This document shows positions 12,901 through 24,926 of a stretch of 64,000 nt of DNA, piece after piece (the stretch's first letter is position 1; each line of letters begins with the position of its first letter). The DNA comes from Balanoglossus misakiensis (lineage: Eukaryota > Animalia > Hemichordata). Location: positions 2,596,699 through 2,660,698 of the forward strand of contig CM082581.2 in the NCBI GenBank assembly GCA_040954595.2. The letters are read 5' to 3'. The notes beneath the pieces were generated by a model. The model was not told the DNA's origin and searched no databases. It worked only from the letters and a program-made list of their open reading frames with translations. Position numbers and translations under genes: made by a program.

Positions 12901-14920
12901 AAACGCTTTTGTCGCCGAGGAGTGACTAAAGAACGGTCAGATCGTTGCGGTGCAGGTAACTCTTATTTGCACCGCTGCGGTGCAGGGAACTCTTATTTGC
13001 ACCGCTGCGGTGCAAATAAGATCATTGGAGTTATGCTGCAATATAGTGCGGAAAATTTCCGACTTTTTCGAGTACACATCGTGATGGCGAATGGTTCAGG
13101 AAGGCTACCCTTTTACCTGAAGGTGTCAACTGATGTTGGTTCGTGACCACTTTTTTATTTCTTTTTTTTTGTGAGAATTTTTAACGACATTATTATTGTA
13201 ATTTTTATCATTTTCATAAAGCCAATTCATTTCAATATCAACGCTGCGTTTTTATCTGTCAGGTAAATAAAACATGCAGGGAAACATGGTCATATTTTTG
13301 TCGCGCTTCACTTGGGCATGTCTGAATACGGAGTGCTCAGGAGAGAGAAAGATAAACTCGCTAAAACCGTGTCTTTCCGTCCGAATGACCAACCAAGGAA
13401 CGAAAAAGTCGTTATTTAGGCCGTAATAAAACGCTTTTGTCGCCGAGGAGTGAATAAAGAACGGTCAGATCGTTGCGGTGCAGGGGACTCTTATTTTGCA
13501 CCGCTGCGGTGCAAATTAGATCATTGGAGTTATGATGCAATATAGTGCGGAAAATTTCCGACTTTTTCGAGTACACATCGTGATGGCGAATGGTTCAGGA
13601 AGGCTAGCCTTTTACCTGAAGGTGTTAACTGATGTTGGTTCGAGACCACTTTTTTTTCTATTTTTTTTTTGTGAGAATTTTTAACGACATTATCAGTGTA
13701 ATTTTTATCATTTTCATAAAGCCAATTCATTTCAATATCAACGCTGCGTTTTTATCTGTCAGGTAAATAAAACATGCAGGGAAACATGGTCATATTTTTG
13801 TCGCGCTTCACTTGGGCATGTCTGAATACGGAGTGCTCAGGAGAGAGAAAGATAAACTCGCTAAAACTGTGTCTTTCCTTCCGCATGACCAACCAAGGAG
13901 CGAAAAAGTCGTTATTTAGGCCGTAATAAAACGCTTTTGTCGCCGAGGAGTGAATAAAGAACGGTCAGAACGTTGCGGTGCAGGGAACTCTTATTTGCAC
14001 CGCTGCGGTGCAAATAAGATCATTGGAGTTATGCTGCAATATAGTGCGGAAAATTTCCTACTTTTTCGAGTACACATCGTGATGGCGAATGGTTCAGGAA
14101 GGCTAGCCTTTTACCTGAAGGTGTCAACTGATGTTGGTTCGAGACCACTTTTTTATTTTATTTTTTTTTTGTGAGAATTTTTAACGACATTATCAGTGTA
14201 ATTTTTATCATTTTCATAAAGCCAATTCATTTCAATATCAACGCTGCGTTTTTTATCTGTCGGGTAAAAGAAACATGCAGGGAAACATGGTCATATTTTT
14301 GTCGCGGTTCACTTTGGCAAGTCTGAATACGGAGTGCTCAGGAGAGAGAAAGATAAACTCGCTAAAACCGTGTCTTTCCGTCCGAATGACCAACCAAGGA
14401 ACGAAAAAGTCGTTATTTAGGCCGTAATAAAACGCTTTTGTCGCCGAGGAGTGAATAAAGAACGGTCAGATCGTTGCGGTGCAGGGGACTCTTATTTTGC
14501 ACCGCTGCGGTGCAAATTAGATCATTGGAGTTATGATGCAATAAGTGCGGAAAATTTCCGACATTTTCGAGTACACATCGTGATGGCGAATGGTTCAGGA
14601 AGGCTAGCCTTTTACCTGAAGGTGTTAACTGATGTTGGTTCGAGACCACTTTTTTTTCTATTTTTTTGTGAGAATTTTTAACGACATTATCAGTGTAATT
14701 TTTATCATTTTCATAAAGCCAATTCATTTCAATATCAACGCTGCGTTTTTATCTGTCAGGTAAATAAAACATGCAGGGAAACATGGTCATATTTTTGTCG
14801 CGGTTCACTTTGGCAAGTCTGAATACGGAGTGCTCAGGAGAGAGAAAGATAAACTCGCTAAAACCGTGTCTTTCCGTCCGAATGACCAACCAAGGAGCGA
14901 AAAAGTCGTTATTTAGGCCG
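6999..14920 (+). repeat. Satellite array, ~500-530-bp monomers in a 1524-bp three-monomer higher-order repeat
   Basis: Identical or near-identical spurious ORFs recur at 7853, 9377, 10901, 12425 and 13950 (period 1524-1525). Three monomer variants differ around a GCACCGCTGCGGTGC palindrome. About 15.5 monomers in total. Confidence 0.97.
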
Positions 14921-15909
14921 TGTAGCGGCACACAAACAGACTTCCTTTTATGGTCAACTATATAGTCTGCTGCGCACTGCTTGGGGTAAACAGTCAGGGT
15001 AGATCTCTCCACAATGCGTCGCTCTTTAACAAATCACTGCTAGTGTCAAATTCTTTGTCACAGGGTTTATTCGACACTATACATAGACGTGGAACGGTAA
15101 ACTTAAAGACGTGGAACGTAGAACGATTGACTGAAAATAAAATAAAATAATACACTACATAAGTATTTGTCACTGTTACACAACTCGAGGGTTCAAAGGT
15201 CAAGTTTACCACCTTGAACCATGGCCTCTTGTGTATGGCGCCCTCTAGAGGCAAGAAGCATGCACTTGCCCCTTCTAAAGTACTTTGCATTCCAAAGCCT
15301 AATTAATTATGCATAAAGCACTTTCAAACAGAAGAAACTCTAAATCTATAAAATACATCACTGAAGTCAAAAAGCAACTTGTGTCCGATGAACTGTCTAA
15401 ATCAGAGTCCGTGGAAAGTCTCTTGGTATGAAATATGATGTGTAAAACTGATTTGAAAATTGCCACATGCCATCTCTGCCAGGAGAGAATGGCCAACTTG
15501 TGTGGTACTCACAGTCCACGAATAAAACTTGATTTCTACAGAATATTTTGGCTCGAAAATAGGCTTACCAGAATTATGTGACCTCCTGGCTGTTAGCCCA
15601 TCAAAACAATACAATTCATGGACTGGTCCGTCCCCTTTTGAGTGTGTTAGAAGCACAAAACCGACACTCTCTCTTCAGCACAATGCTTGCTCTTTGAAAA
15701 CCCATGTGCTTCTGAAACCTAGTACTTACATTTGACTGAAGTTGAACTTTGATATGGTATTACGTAATGGGGGTAATGCCCTTGACAGGAAGTATGAGTC
15801 ACCGTTATACAAGTGCCTTGACCTAGTGTCGATACTAAGCAAATTTAAGTCAAACAGAAACCATAAGAATAAAACTGCTACTTTAAGCTAAATATTTTTG
15901 GCCGTAACA
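14921..15909 (-). repeat. 3' LTR of BEL/Pao element (left-arm copy)
   Basis: On the minus strand it reads TGTTACGGC...GCCGCTACA, preceded by the purine-rich AATTAGGGGACCGGAA. It abuts the satellite and mirrors 50448-51436. Confidence 0.85.
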
Positions 15910-16033
15910 TTCCGGTCCCCTAATTGTAAGGAAATGCTTTCTGAGCAATTACCAAACTAGTAATAGGTCCAAAAATTGTCAAACATATATTGTCATTGCC
16001 ACTTAGCTGCATGTGTCCACTTTTCAGTCGTTT

Positions 16034-19000
16034 CTATACCACATCAGCTTCCAACAGCACACACAATTTGTCCACTGGTCGATCCAGGGTCGATGTTTTG
16101 GTCTTCACCGTTGCAACACGCACAAATCCCTTCTTGTCTCTTTTCACATCGATGACCACTCCTAGGGGCCAGGAATTTCTTTGTGCAGAGTTGTCCACAA
16201 TCAAGACCACGTCCCCCACGGTGAGATTTCTCCTGGGTTTGAGCCACTTCTGCCTTTCCTGCAGCAGGGGGAGATATTCTTTAACCCATCTCTTCCAAAA
16301 TATGTCTGCCAGGTACTGTACTTGGCGCCACCTGCGACGAGCGTAGTTGTCGTTCTTGCAAAATATACCAGGTGGTAGATTCTGTGTGGGCTGCTACATC
16401 AGTAGATGATTCGGTGTGAGAACTTCAAGATCATTCGGATCATCAGATAGCTTGGTGATGGGGCGACTGTTGATAATGGCTTCAACTTCACAGAACAACG
16501 TCTGCAGCGCTTCATCATCTAAACGAATAGCCTGTTCTTTCATCAATGAGAACAATATCTTCCGTATGGTTCTGATCTGACGTTCCCATATTCCTCCGAA
16601 GTGAGATGCCGCTGGGGGGTTGAACTCCCACTTCACACTGTGTTGATATAGGGCTTCAGATATTTTGTGGTGATTCCACTTCTCAATTTCTTCGTGTAGT
16701 TCACGATTGGCACCGACGAAATTGGTTCCGTTGTCAGATCTGATCACTTTCACTTGTCCTCTTCTTGCTGTAAATCGTCGAAGGCTGTTGATGCATGAGT
16801 CTGTATCTAGCGAGTGTGCCACTTCGAGATGTACAGCCCGTGTCGCCAAACAAGTAAAGATCACTCCATACCTCTTCACAGTGCTGCGACCACGCTTGAC
16901 TTCCAACGGGCCGAAGTAGTCTACACCTGTTCTCGTGAATGGTGCTTCTTCTGGTGTGATGCGGTCTGCCGGCAGGTCTGCCATTTTCTGCTCACCGACC
17001 TTCGCTCTGTATCTTCGACAGATCACGCATTTTGCTATAATGCTACGGACTGCAGTGTTTGCTCGCAGGATCCAAAACTTCTCCCTTAGTCTCGCCAACA
17101 TTGAGTTTCTTCCCATATGTCCGACCGCACGATGTATCTCTTCTCAGATGAGTCTCGATACTGGAGTGTCCCTTGGGAGGACCATTGGGTGCTTGCTTTC
17201 TTCTGGTAGTGACGCTCGCTCAAGACGTCCGCCAACACGTATTATCCCATCTTTCAGCATCGGATCCAGCTTGTAAAGCGGGCTGGATTTCTTCACTTCT
17301 TCACCTTTCTGTAGGGCGGTGACTTCTTCCGGGAAGTGACAATGTTGTGTGTAGCGTATAATCGCCTTCTCTGCTTCTTGTAACATTTCGAATGGGAGTG
17401 CTGGAATTTCACTTTCCTCCTTACTTCCCCTCTTTCTCATCTTTTCTTTGCTGAGCTCTTCTTTACCTTTCGTCTCAGGTTCTTCATCGAGATTTTCTCT
17501 CAGCATCCCTTTCTGTTGAACTAATCTTCTTAGCTTTTCCTTCGCCAACAGAATCCATCCCACTGTCTTCTTGAGTTTCTTCCAGACGGAAACACGTGAT
17601 ATGATGTCATCAATCACCAGTGTGGATGTGTCTGCTATTCAACATTTATCTGTTTCTTGACCTCTGGGTCATCCTCCGGTATAATCTTCGATACCGATTG
17701 TTGTGTAGGCCATTCATTCTCTGGTCCCCATAGGAACGTTGGGCCTTCTATCCATCTCTTGTTTCGGAGAAACTGGTGTACAGTCAGCCCTCTGGAAGCA
17801 TCGTCAGCCGGGTTAGACTGTGTGTTTACGTACTTCCATTGGTGCATTTCCGAACCTTCACGAATTATGTTGATTCGATTTGAAACAAAGGTGTGGAAAC
17901 AGGTGGTCTCGTTGGCGATGTATCTCAGTACTGACATGCTGTCTGTCCAGAAATATACCGCATCTATACGCTGATCCAACTCCCTCTCCAACAACTTGTT
18001 CATTCTGACTGCCACGGTAGCTGCCATTAATTCCAAACGAGGAATGGTGGTCTTCTTGAGTGGTGCCACTCTGGCTTTTCCCATCAGTAGAGCGCAGTGA
18101 ATTTCTCCGTCTTCATTCATCAGGCGAACATAGGACGCAGTTCCATACCCATGCTCACTTGCATCGGAAAAATGATGTACTTCACACCGCTTCACCTCTC
18201 CAAAATCAGCCGGCTTGAAGCATCTATCTACTGACAGTTCTTCTAGTTGTGGGAGATCGGTTAGCCATTGTCGCCATCTCTTCTGATCTCCTTGACTGAT
18301 CGTCTGGTCCCATCCGAGATTTCGGTGGCACAGATCCTGTAGTAATATTCTCGCTGGCAGTATGAACGGTGATGCTAATCCCGGCGGATCGTAGACCGAA
18401 CTGACGACTGATAATATGCCCCTTCTGCTTACAGGTCTGTCTTGGATGTCTATTTTAAATCCCAGAGTGTCTGGTTCGACCGACCAATACACCCCTAGAG
18501 CACGTTCGGTTGGCAGGTCATCATAGTCGAGCTTCAGTTGCTTAACTTCTTTGCCTCTCTCTTGTACGGGAATGGATTCCAAGACCTCACGACTGCTACT
18601 GATCCACTTCGTCAGACGAAAGCCTCCCATCTGGCAAGCTGCTGTCAGTTCTTGTGCTAACTTCATAGCTTCGGGCACACTACTCACTGACTTGAGACAG
18701 TCGTCCACGTAGAAATTTCTCATAATGGTGTCGATGACTTCAGTATTGAATCTGTGGCTGTTGTCTTGAGCAGTTCTGTGTAGGGCTGTATTCGCACAAC
18801 TTGGAGATGATACTGCTCCAAATAGATGAACCCGCATTTGGTAGACTTCTGGCTGGTTGTTAATGTTTCCCTCAAGCCACCAATAGAAGCGTAGACAATC
18901 ACTGTCTTCTTTGGGCACCTGTACTTGGTGAAACATTGCTTCTATGTCTGCCATCAGCGCTACTGGTTCCTGACGAAATCGCAACAGCACACCGACAAGA

Positions 19001-19510
19001 TTGTTAGTCAGATCCGGCCCTTGTAATAATAGGTCATTGAGAGATATCCCCTGGAACTTCGCCGAACAGTCAAAGACAACACGGATCTTCTCTGGCTTCT
19101 TTGGGTGATAGACTCTGTGATGAGGTATATACCATATCCTCCCATCGTCTTGCTGTGGCCTCTCTTGCTGAACTTTGACAGCGTAGCCCTTGTCAATTAT
19201 ATCTGACATGAACTTCTTATAGTCCTCCTGGAACTTGGGATTTCTTCTGAATTTCCTCTCAAGTGACTTCAGGCGATTCAGAGCATACTGCTCATTGTTG
19301 GGTAGTCTGACTTCTTCACTACGAAATGGTAATCCAATTTCGTAATGTCCATCTTTGAGTTTGATTGACTTGTTCACTTCATTCAGGAACTTCTTGTCCT
19401 CCTGTGAATGCTCTCTTTTATCATCAATGACTCGTTCTGGAAAATCCAAATTGATTGCGTGTCGCACTAACTGGTCTAATTTCTTCAGACCTTCCGCCAA
19501 CACGTTACAT
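16034..19510 (-). pseudogene. BEL/Pao pol (RT, Pao RNase H/peptidase A17, integrase), disrupted and 5'-truncated
   Basis: Motifs KIRVVFDCSA, ADIEAMFHQV, NFYVDD, HHFSDAS, TIPRLEL, NPADDASRG, GVDYFGP, SDNGTNF, GGIWER. There is a frameshift near 17635 and stops at 17144 and 16394. Confidence 0.95.
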
Positions 19511-21978
19511 TGTTATGGTAATGTTATTTACTAAGTATGTGTGTTTGCTGTTCGTTGTCTATTATTATTGATCGCTATTAAACGGTTGCAGTTCATTGCA
19601 CGTCAAGTTGGTCTGTCTTTATTGCCGTGGTGGCAGCAGTTTTCGAGTCCACGACCGCTAAGAAGCCTTCAACAAAGAGAAGACTATATGGACCAAATAC
19701 CCGTGCAGGCTATTTAAATGCAACCAAGCTGAGCTGTTGAAAAGTTCACCGACGTACGTTACGGTAGGAAAAACATTCGTCACAGGCACCATCTCAGGTA
19801 CCTATTTATAGCCTTGTTGCAGTACTTACGTAACTATCGACATCAAGTTCTATTGTTCCTTGTGTAATTTATGCACAATGGCCACTGCTCGTGCACCGAA
19901 ACAATGGCAACTCACGAAGTGCGAGACCATAAACTCCTTCGAAAATTGGAAACAAAACTTGATATACATCTTGTCACTGGACCCGAATTTTCGAGTATTT
20001 TTGAGAGACGGATTTACTTGGCACAAGAAAACCTCAGCCAATCCTTACAGAGGTCTTGTTGACGATGATGAGACAATTCCTGAAAACCAAAGGCAGACTG
20101 CTGCACAGAAAAACGCTCATCTTGACCTTATGTTAGGTCAAATAGCAAATTATTGTTCGATTATCTCAAGGAACTCTATTATAAAGCAGTCGACGTCATT
20201 AAATGACATATGGCAGAAAATTCGTCAACATTATGGCTTCCAATCAACAGGAGCGCACTTTCTCGATTTGAGTAGCATTCGCTTACAACCCGACGAAAAG
20301 CCGGAAGATCTTTATCAACGCATCGTCGCATTCTATGACGATAATCTCCTGACCAGAGAAGGTGGCATCACTCACCACGGTGAAGTTATTACTGCAGATG
20401 AAGATGTTACACCAACTTTAGAAAATACTATTGTCTTTCTTTGGCTGCAGTTGGTCAACCCTGGCTTACCTCAACTGGTCAAACAAAAAAACGGATCTGA
20501 CTTACGCAATAAATCGCTCACTTCACTTAAACCGGAAATCTCTCAGGCTATGCCATCACTTTTAGATGAGTTGCATAGCATAGAGGACAGCAAAGTTATG
20601 CGTACCGGCATTTTTAATGCATATAAGCCGCAGCCATATAAGCCGTTTTCGCGTACAAACCGGCCATTTCCACGTCGTAGACAGCCTGTAAAATCATGTA
20701 TCTTATGTAGAACTGCAGGTAGACAAAATTTCACGTCACACTCCCTCGTCGACTGCAGATTTCTACCAGATGAAGATAGAGCGAACTTCAGTCGCTCCCG
20801 TTATGTTCAGAATGATGATGAAGAGATTGATTATTACAATCCCTCCGATACAGTTGATTACGAATCCAGACCAGACGAGAATCCTGTAAATGCCCTCATC
20901 GATGAACCACATGTCATGCGTGTCAATATAATTCAGTCGCCCTTTCTCAACACATTCTACCAGCATTATCCTGTGAAGGTAACTCTTGATACAGGTGCAA
21001 CTACAAATATGATCAAGTCTGCTTTTGCTAGATCTATTGGTCTACCTATAACCCCTGCTTCACAGATGGCCCGCCAGGCTGACGGGATTACGCCAATGGA
21101 TGTCATTGGAGAAGTTCACTGCCAATTGTCACGAGGAAGTTATACCTTTACTTTAGATGCTTTGGTGGTGGAAAACCTTGATGTTGATGTCTTGGCTGGG
21201 AATCCCTTTCATGTCAGTAATGATATCGCTACACGCCCTGCTAAGAGGCAGATCGTTATCAAAGGGTCAGATATTATTTATTATGGCCAGCAACAACACC
21301 ACACTGCTTCGATCCGCCGTACACAAGCCTATTTAATCCGTTGTCCATCAAAACGTACTCTACTTCCAGGGGAATTTATCGAACTTGAAACACCCCCCTC
21401 CTGTAACCCAGATTCATTATTAGCTCTGGAACCCCGTTACGACAATCCTCTGAATCAATCAATAAAAGCTACATCTGCTTGGCCTCAACCCCAGGAAATA
21501 CAATCTGTCGACCATACATTACGTATTATAAACTCGACATCAGAACCTATCCTACTTAAACGCCATGATCACCTCTGTCAAGTACGACTACTATCTCCTG
21601 CTCCTTTGTCTGACGCAAGTAAAAGTACCCAGTCCACTACTTCTGCTTTGCCAAGTACCGGTGTACGTGAACCATTCTCATCTGGAATATCCCTTGACCC
21701 AGACAATCAACTTACACGCTCCATTAAGGATGAATTTATCAAATTGCATCAACAATATGATGATGTCTTCAATCCGACAATATCTAAATATAATGGAGCT
21801 AGTGGGCGTATTGAAGCCACCGTCAATATGGGCCCGGTATTACCTCCACAAAGGAAAGGTCGGCTCCCTCATTACAACCGAGAAACATTAATTACACTAC
21901 AGGACAAGTTTGATGAGCTAGAAGCCGTTGGGGTTTTCGCCAAACCAGAAGATGTAAACACAACAGTGGAATATCTAA
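19511..21978 (+). mobile_element. 5' half of a Gypsy-like LTR retrotransposon (short putative LTR 19511-19627, PBS, gag, protease), cut at the palindrome breakpoint
   Basis: TGTTATGG start. PBS TGGTGGCAGC(A/G)GT at 19628 complements the tRNA-Leu 3' end. The ORF contains CILC..H..C and LDTGA. Homology to the right copy stops at ...GAATATCTAA. Confidence 0.85.
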
Positions 21979-22004
21979 TGGAACAGTGTCACCGAGTTGC
22001 ATGA
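19860..22004 (+). CDS. Truncated gag-protease-(start of RT) polyprotein; the last ~8 codons read into the spacer
   Basis: 714-aa ORF; likely start MATARAPKQW; aspartic protease motif TLDTGATT. It ends EYL-MEQCHRVA where the other copy continues EYLNLSFLVKK. Confidence 0.85.
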   Translation: MCNLCTMATARAPKQWQLTKCETINSFENWKQNLIYILSLDPNFRVFLRDGFTWHKKTSANPYRGLVDDDETIPENQRQTAAQKNAHLDLMLGQIANYCSIISRNSIIKQSTSLNDIWQKIRQHYGFQSTGAHFLDLSSIRLQPDEKPEDLYQRIVAFYDDNLLTREGGITHHGEVITADEDVTPTLENTIVFLWLQLVNPGLPQLVKQKNGSDLRNKSLTSLKPEISQAMPSLLDELHSIEDSKVMRTGIFNAYKPQPYKPFSRTNRPFPRRRQPVKSCILCRTAGRQNFTSHSLVDCRFLPDEDRANFSRSRYVQNDDEEIDYYNPSDTVDYESRPDENPVNALIDEPHVMRVNIIQSPFLNTFYQHYPVKVTLDTGATTNMIKSAFARSIGLPITPASQMARQADGITPMDVIGEVHCQLSRGSYTFTLDALVVENLDVDVLAGNPFHVSNDIATRPAKRQIVIKGSDIIYYGQQQHHTASIRRTQAYLIRCPSKRTLLPGEFIELETPPSCNPDSLLALEPRYDNPLNQSIKATSAWPQPQEIQSVDHTLRIINSTSEPILLKRHDHLCQVRLLSPAPLSDASKSTQSTTSALPSTGVREPFSSGISLDPDNQLTRSIKDEFIKLHQQYDDVFNPTISKYNGASGRIEATVNMGPVLPPQRKGRLPHYNRETLITLQDKFDELEAVGVFAKPEDVNTTVEYLMEQCHRVA

Positions 22005-22069
22005 AAGTGGGCGGCGCTAGGCTCTCACCCTGTTACAGGCATCATTATGGCCTATATTTTAAGCAGTAC

Positions 22070-22702
22070 TTATTTAAGTATCCAGTCTCCAGATTCTTGC
22101 CACGATGGTGGTTTCCTAATTCTCGAGGATCGACGTAGCTCTTTCACTGGGGACGTACTATTGTTGCTGTTGCCCTTGCATGGTGAAGATGATGGTGATA
22201 AAAGTGGCGATGGCGCTATATTTATTGGTGGGCTATTTGGTGGTGCCGGTATAGTCAATTCAGCATTTGGTATGTCCGCCAAATTTGGTGTCGATATTAC
22301 TGAATGTGTATGTGTTGCCTCTGCTGGTGTCAGCGGCAGAAGAGATTTTGACACGGTTTGGTTTGTTTCTTCCATCGGAGCTGCATCGTCATCATTACTC
22401 TTGTCAAGGCCTCTGATTGGACCTGACTGTGACAATACAGTGGGCCTGATGGGATAACAGTCCGAAAGCTTGACGTTATACGTCTTCGAGCGTAACTGTG
22501 TATTGGTAAATTTTCTTATTTGGCATTTATCGTCGGTTATACTGGTTACCAGATATTTATCCCTGGCGCGGGTTTTATCTCTTTCTCTATACAGGTAGAC
22601 AAGATCCCCAACTTTGAAGTTATTGGTTGCCATAACTGTTTTACCATGGGCTTTGCTTTTGGAACTTGATGCATGGTTTTGTATGCGACTGAAGTGTTGA
22701 TT
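22070..22702 (-). pseudogene. Integrase C-terminal part of the Gypsy-like pol, separated from the rest by the PAT insertion
   Basis: Contains FKVGDLVYL...RDKYLV and LRRSSRIRKPPSW. It joins in frame to ...DDRQIIL when 22703-29468 is removed. Confidence 0.85.
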
Positions 22703-22840
22703 ATATAATATTTAAAGCCTTACCACCCCGCTCAAGAATATTGCCTATTGTAATAAGGATTGGGTCAGATCGTTGTTATCAAAGGCGAATTCCGGGGCGG
22801 AGTGACTAAGATCGGGTGGGCGGGTGGGGAATTACCAAAT

Positions 22841-22892
22841 CTCCCCCTCCCCTCCCCTCCCCTCCCCTCCCCTCCCCTCCCCTCCCCTCCCT
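22841..22892 (+). repeat. (CCCCT)n microsatellite between A2 and B2
   Basis: About 10 pentamer units, read directly. Confidence 0.95.
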
Positions 22893-23518
22893 TTACCTAT
22901 GGAGTTTTCTCATCAACCGCTAGCACTGCTTACTCTCGTGGTTGAAGTGTGGGAAGTGTGCTCTAGGTACCGAACGTACTATATATATGGTCCTAATGAA
23001 TATTCATTAGCTCATTAGCATATGCGGATTAATTATCGCGGTGTGATGCGGTTTTAAATAATATAATATTTAAAGCCTTACCACCCCGCTCAAGAATATT
23101 GCCTACTGTAATAAGGATTGGGTCAGATCGTTGTTATCTACGGCAAAACTCGCTTCTCTTCATTATCTATGCAATTACCATAAGAACCCTACTCATGTTC
23201 CCATACCTTAAATACCCCATATCCATCAGCTCACTCAATTATATTTCCCAAACCTATTGACACTGAAATATAACCCATATACATTCTATAGGTTCTGTTA
23301 TTTGGATGTGATCATATGTTTTGATCCATCATGTCTTTATTTTCACAACTTACAAATACATGATTAATAGTCACCATGGCAATTACAGCAGAAAAGCAAT
23401 CTCTTCACATGCTAGTACTACTAATAATATGATAGACACTAATATTTAGGGATAACAGCACGCTGTATGTGCTTAAATATTCCATATCCATTATTATTTA
23501 CTTATCTATATGTACACA

Positions 23519-24775
23519 TCAGAAGGCTTGAGAAAAACCCGTCAAGTTATTTGCCTGTTCATACTCTTGTGTCAAGACCGTGTTCATATCAACTGTTTTT
23601 CTAAGTTTCTCAGCCGGCCCCAGGGCTGCTGATACTTGTGACAATTTTGTATAATGATGTGCCATATCTTTTGACTTCCATCCAATATGACGTAACAAGT
23701 CGTCTACTTGTGCCCCCGCTAATGATAACGAGATGGCACAAGCACTTCTACAGCCATGGGGTGTTTCTCCTTGATCTAAATTCAGCTCCTGCAAATACGT
23801 TTTAAGGCGACCATAGACTGCCTGTGACGACAGAGGGCGTTGGTCTACCTCACCACTTGGTGTCGTTGGGCGGAACATGTGTCCCCTTCTTAAATTTATC
23901 CCAATCCTCTCTGCTAGAGTGATGTATTGCTCAATGGCGTATACTGGACAGATCCCTACATCTATACATCGCTTGATTGCAAACATGTTTGATGTAGCAC
24001 CTCTTAATGTTTTCCTGTATGTATGGTTGAATATAAAACCTGAATTATCTGGGAAACGGAGAATTTCCTGTGTTTTGACATTACCCAGATCTCCCGCTCT
24101 ATCTCCGGAGAACATTAGAACTTTGAAGAAGGTTATATCACGAGCCAGTATATAAATCTGACCAATTGTCGTGGCTGTGGCTAATTTATTAAGAATGTGC
24201 CCAAATATCAACTTCATCTTCTGCAAAAACAAGGATTTCGCTTGTTTTGGCATAACGTGTGCCTTGGCTTGCTCTTCTGACATTTTTTTAATATATCTTT
24301 CTACCATAATTGATTTGGTCGGGTTATCTTGAGGCAGTTGTTGAAAAAATGCACTCATTTTTGATACCATATTTTTTAATGTGCCAGATGTCAGGCGTTT
24401 TGGACATTGACAAGGCATGTGGCCTTCCCTCCCATAATAATCACATATGTCCTGATGTACTTGCGTCTTTGCGTCTTTATCCTTGTATATAAGAAATTTC
24501 ACGATATGCTCTGGTTTTACTCCCGCCAGACCCACCTGCCCGGGAACTGCGCTCATGAAGGATTCAAGTTGCTGTATAATCCTGTCCTTTTGTATCTCAT
24601 ATGGAGACCTGTGTCCCAGCACCTCGTGCATACGTTGGTCTATCGCGAGTAGATTTGGTGTATTGACAATCTTGGTATGATTTCGTGGAGGCTTAATTGG
24701 CGCTAGCAATGTTGAACACATCTGACACTGTGTCTGTTGCTCATCGTTTCTTACTCCACACATCCAGCACAAAAT
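23519..24775 (-). CDS. Tyrosine recombinase with an N-terminal C4 zinc finger
   Basis: Catalytic R (GDRAGD), HxxR (TPHGCRS), HIGW and Y (HHYT). N-terminal CWMC-x10-CQMC. Preceded by the acceptor TATCTCCTATCCACAG. Confidence 0.92.
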   Translation of the reverse strand: MLCWMCGVRNDEQQTQCQMCSTLLAPIKPPRNHTKIVNTPNLLAIDQRMHEVLGHRSPYEIQKDRIIQQLESFMSAVPGQVGLAGVKPEHIVKFLIYKDKDAKTQVHQDICDYYGREGHMPCQCPKRLTSGTLKNMVSKMSAFFQQLPQDNPTKSIMVERYIKKMSEEQAKAHVMPKQAKSLFLQKMKLIFGHILNKLATATTIGQIYILARDITFFKVLMFSGDRAGDLGNVKTQEILRFPDNSGFIFNHTYRKTLRGATSNMFAIKRCIDVGICPVYAIEQYITLAERIGINLRRGHMFRPTTPSGEVDQRPLSSQAVYGRLKTYLQELNLDQGETPHGCRSACAISLSLAGAQVDDLLRHIGWKSKDMAHHYTKLSQVSAALGPAEKLRKTVDMNTVLTQEYEQANNLTGFSQAF

Positions 24776-24926
24776 CTGTGGATAGGAGATAATGCATAAA
24801 TAATGACCACGAACTTAACTATTTCCATTACGTATATTCATTTGTTTACTTTATTTATGTTTGAACATACTATGATAGAGAGAATTATGTGTAAAAACAT
24901 CTTCTCATGATATATCTACGTGTATA

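Larger units (their letters stand above)
3633..21978 (+). repeat. Left arm of a giant inverted segmental duplication
   Basis: LINE, satellite, BEL and Gypsy-like sequences and their junctions match 31697-55650 in reverse complement. ORF pairs are near-identical, e.g. 5670-6593 vs 54297-55232, 16394-17116 vs 36371-37453, and 19860-22004 vs 32607-33626. Confidence 0.93.

Noticed and set aside
6961-14727. Repeated 61-104 aa ORFs as a tandem gene family or RNA-gene array
   Set aside because: Frames are not conserved between monomer variants, and no recognisable domain or 5S/tRNA/snRNA motif was seen.
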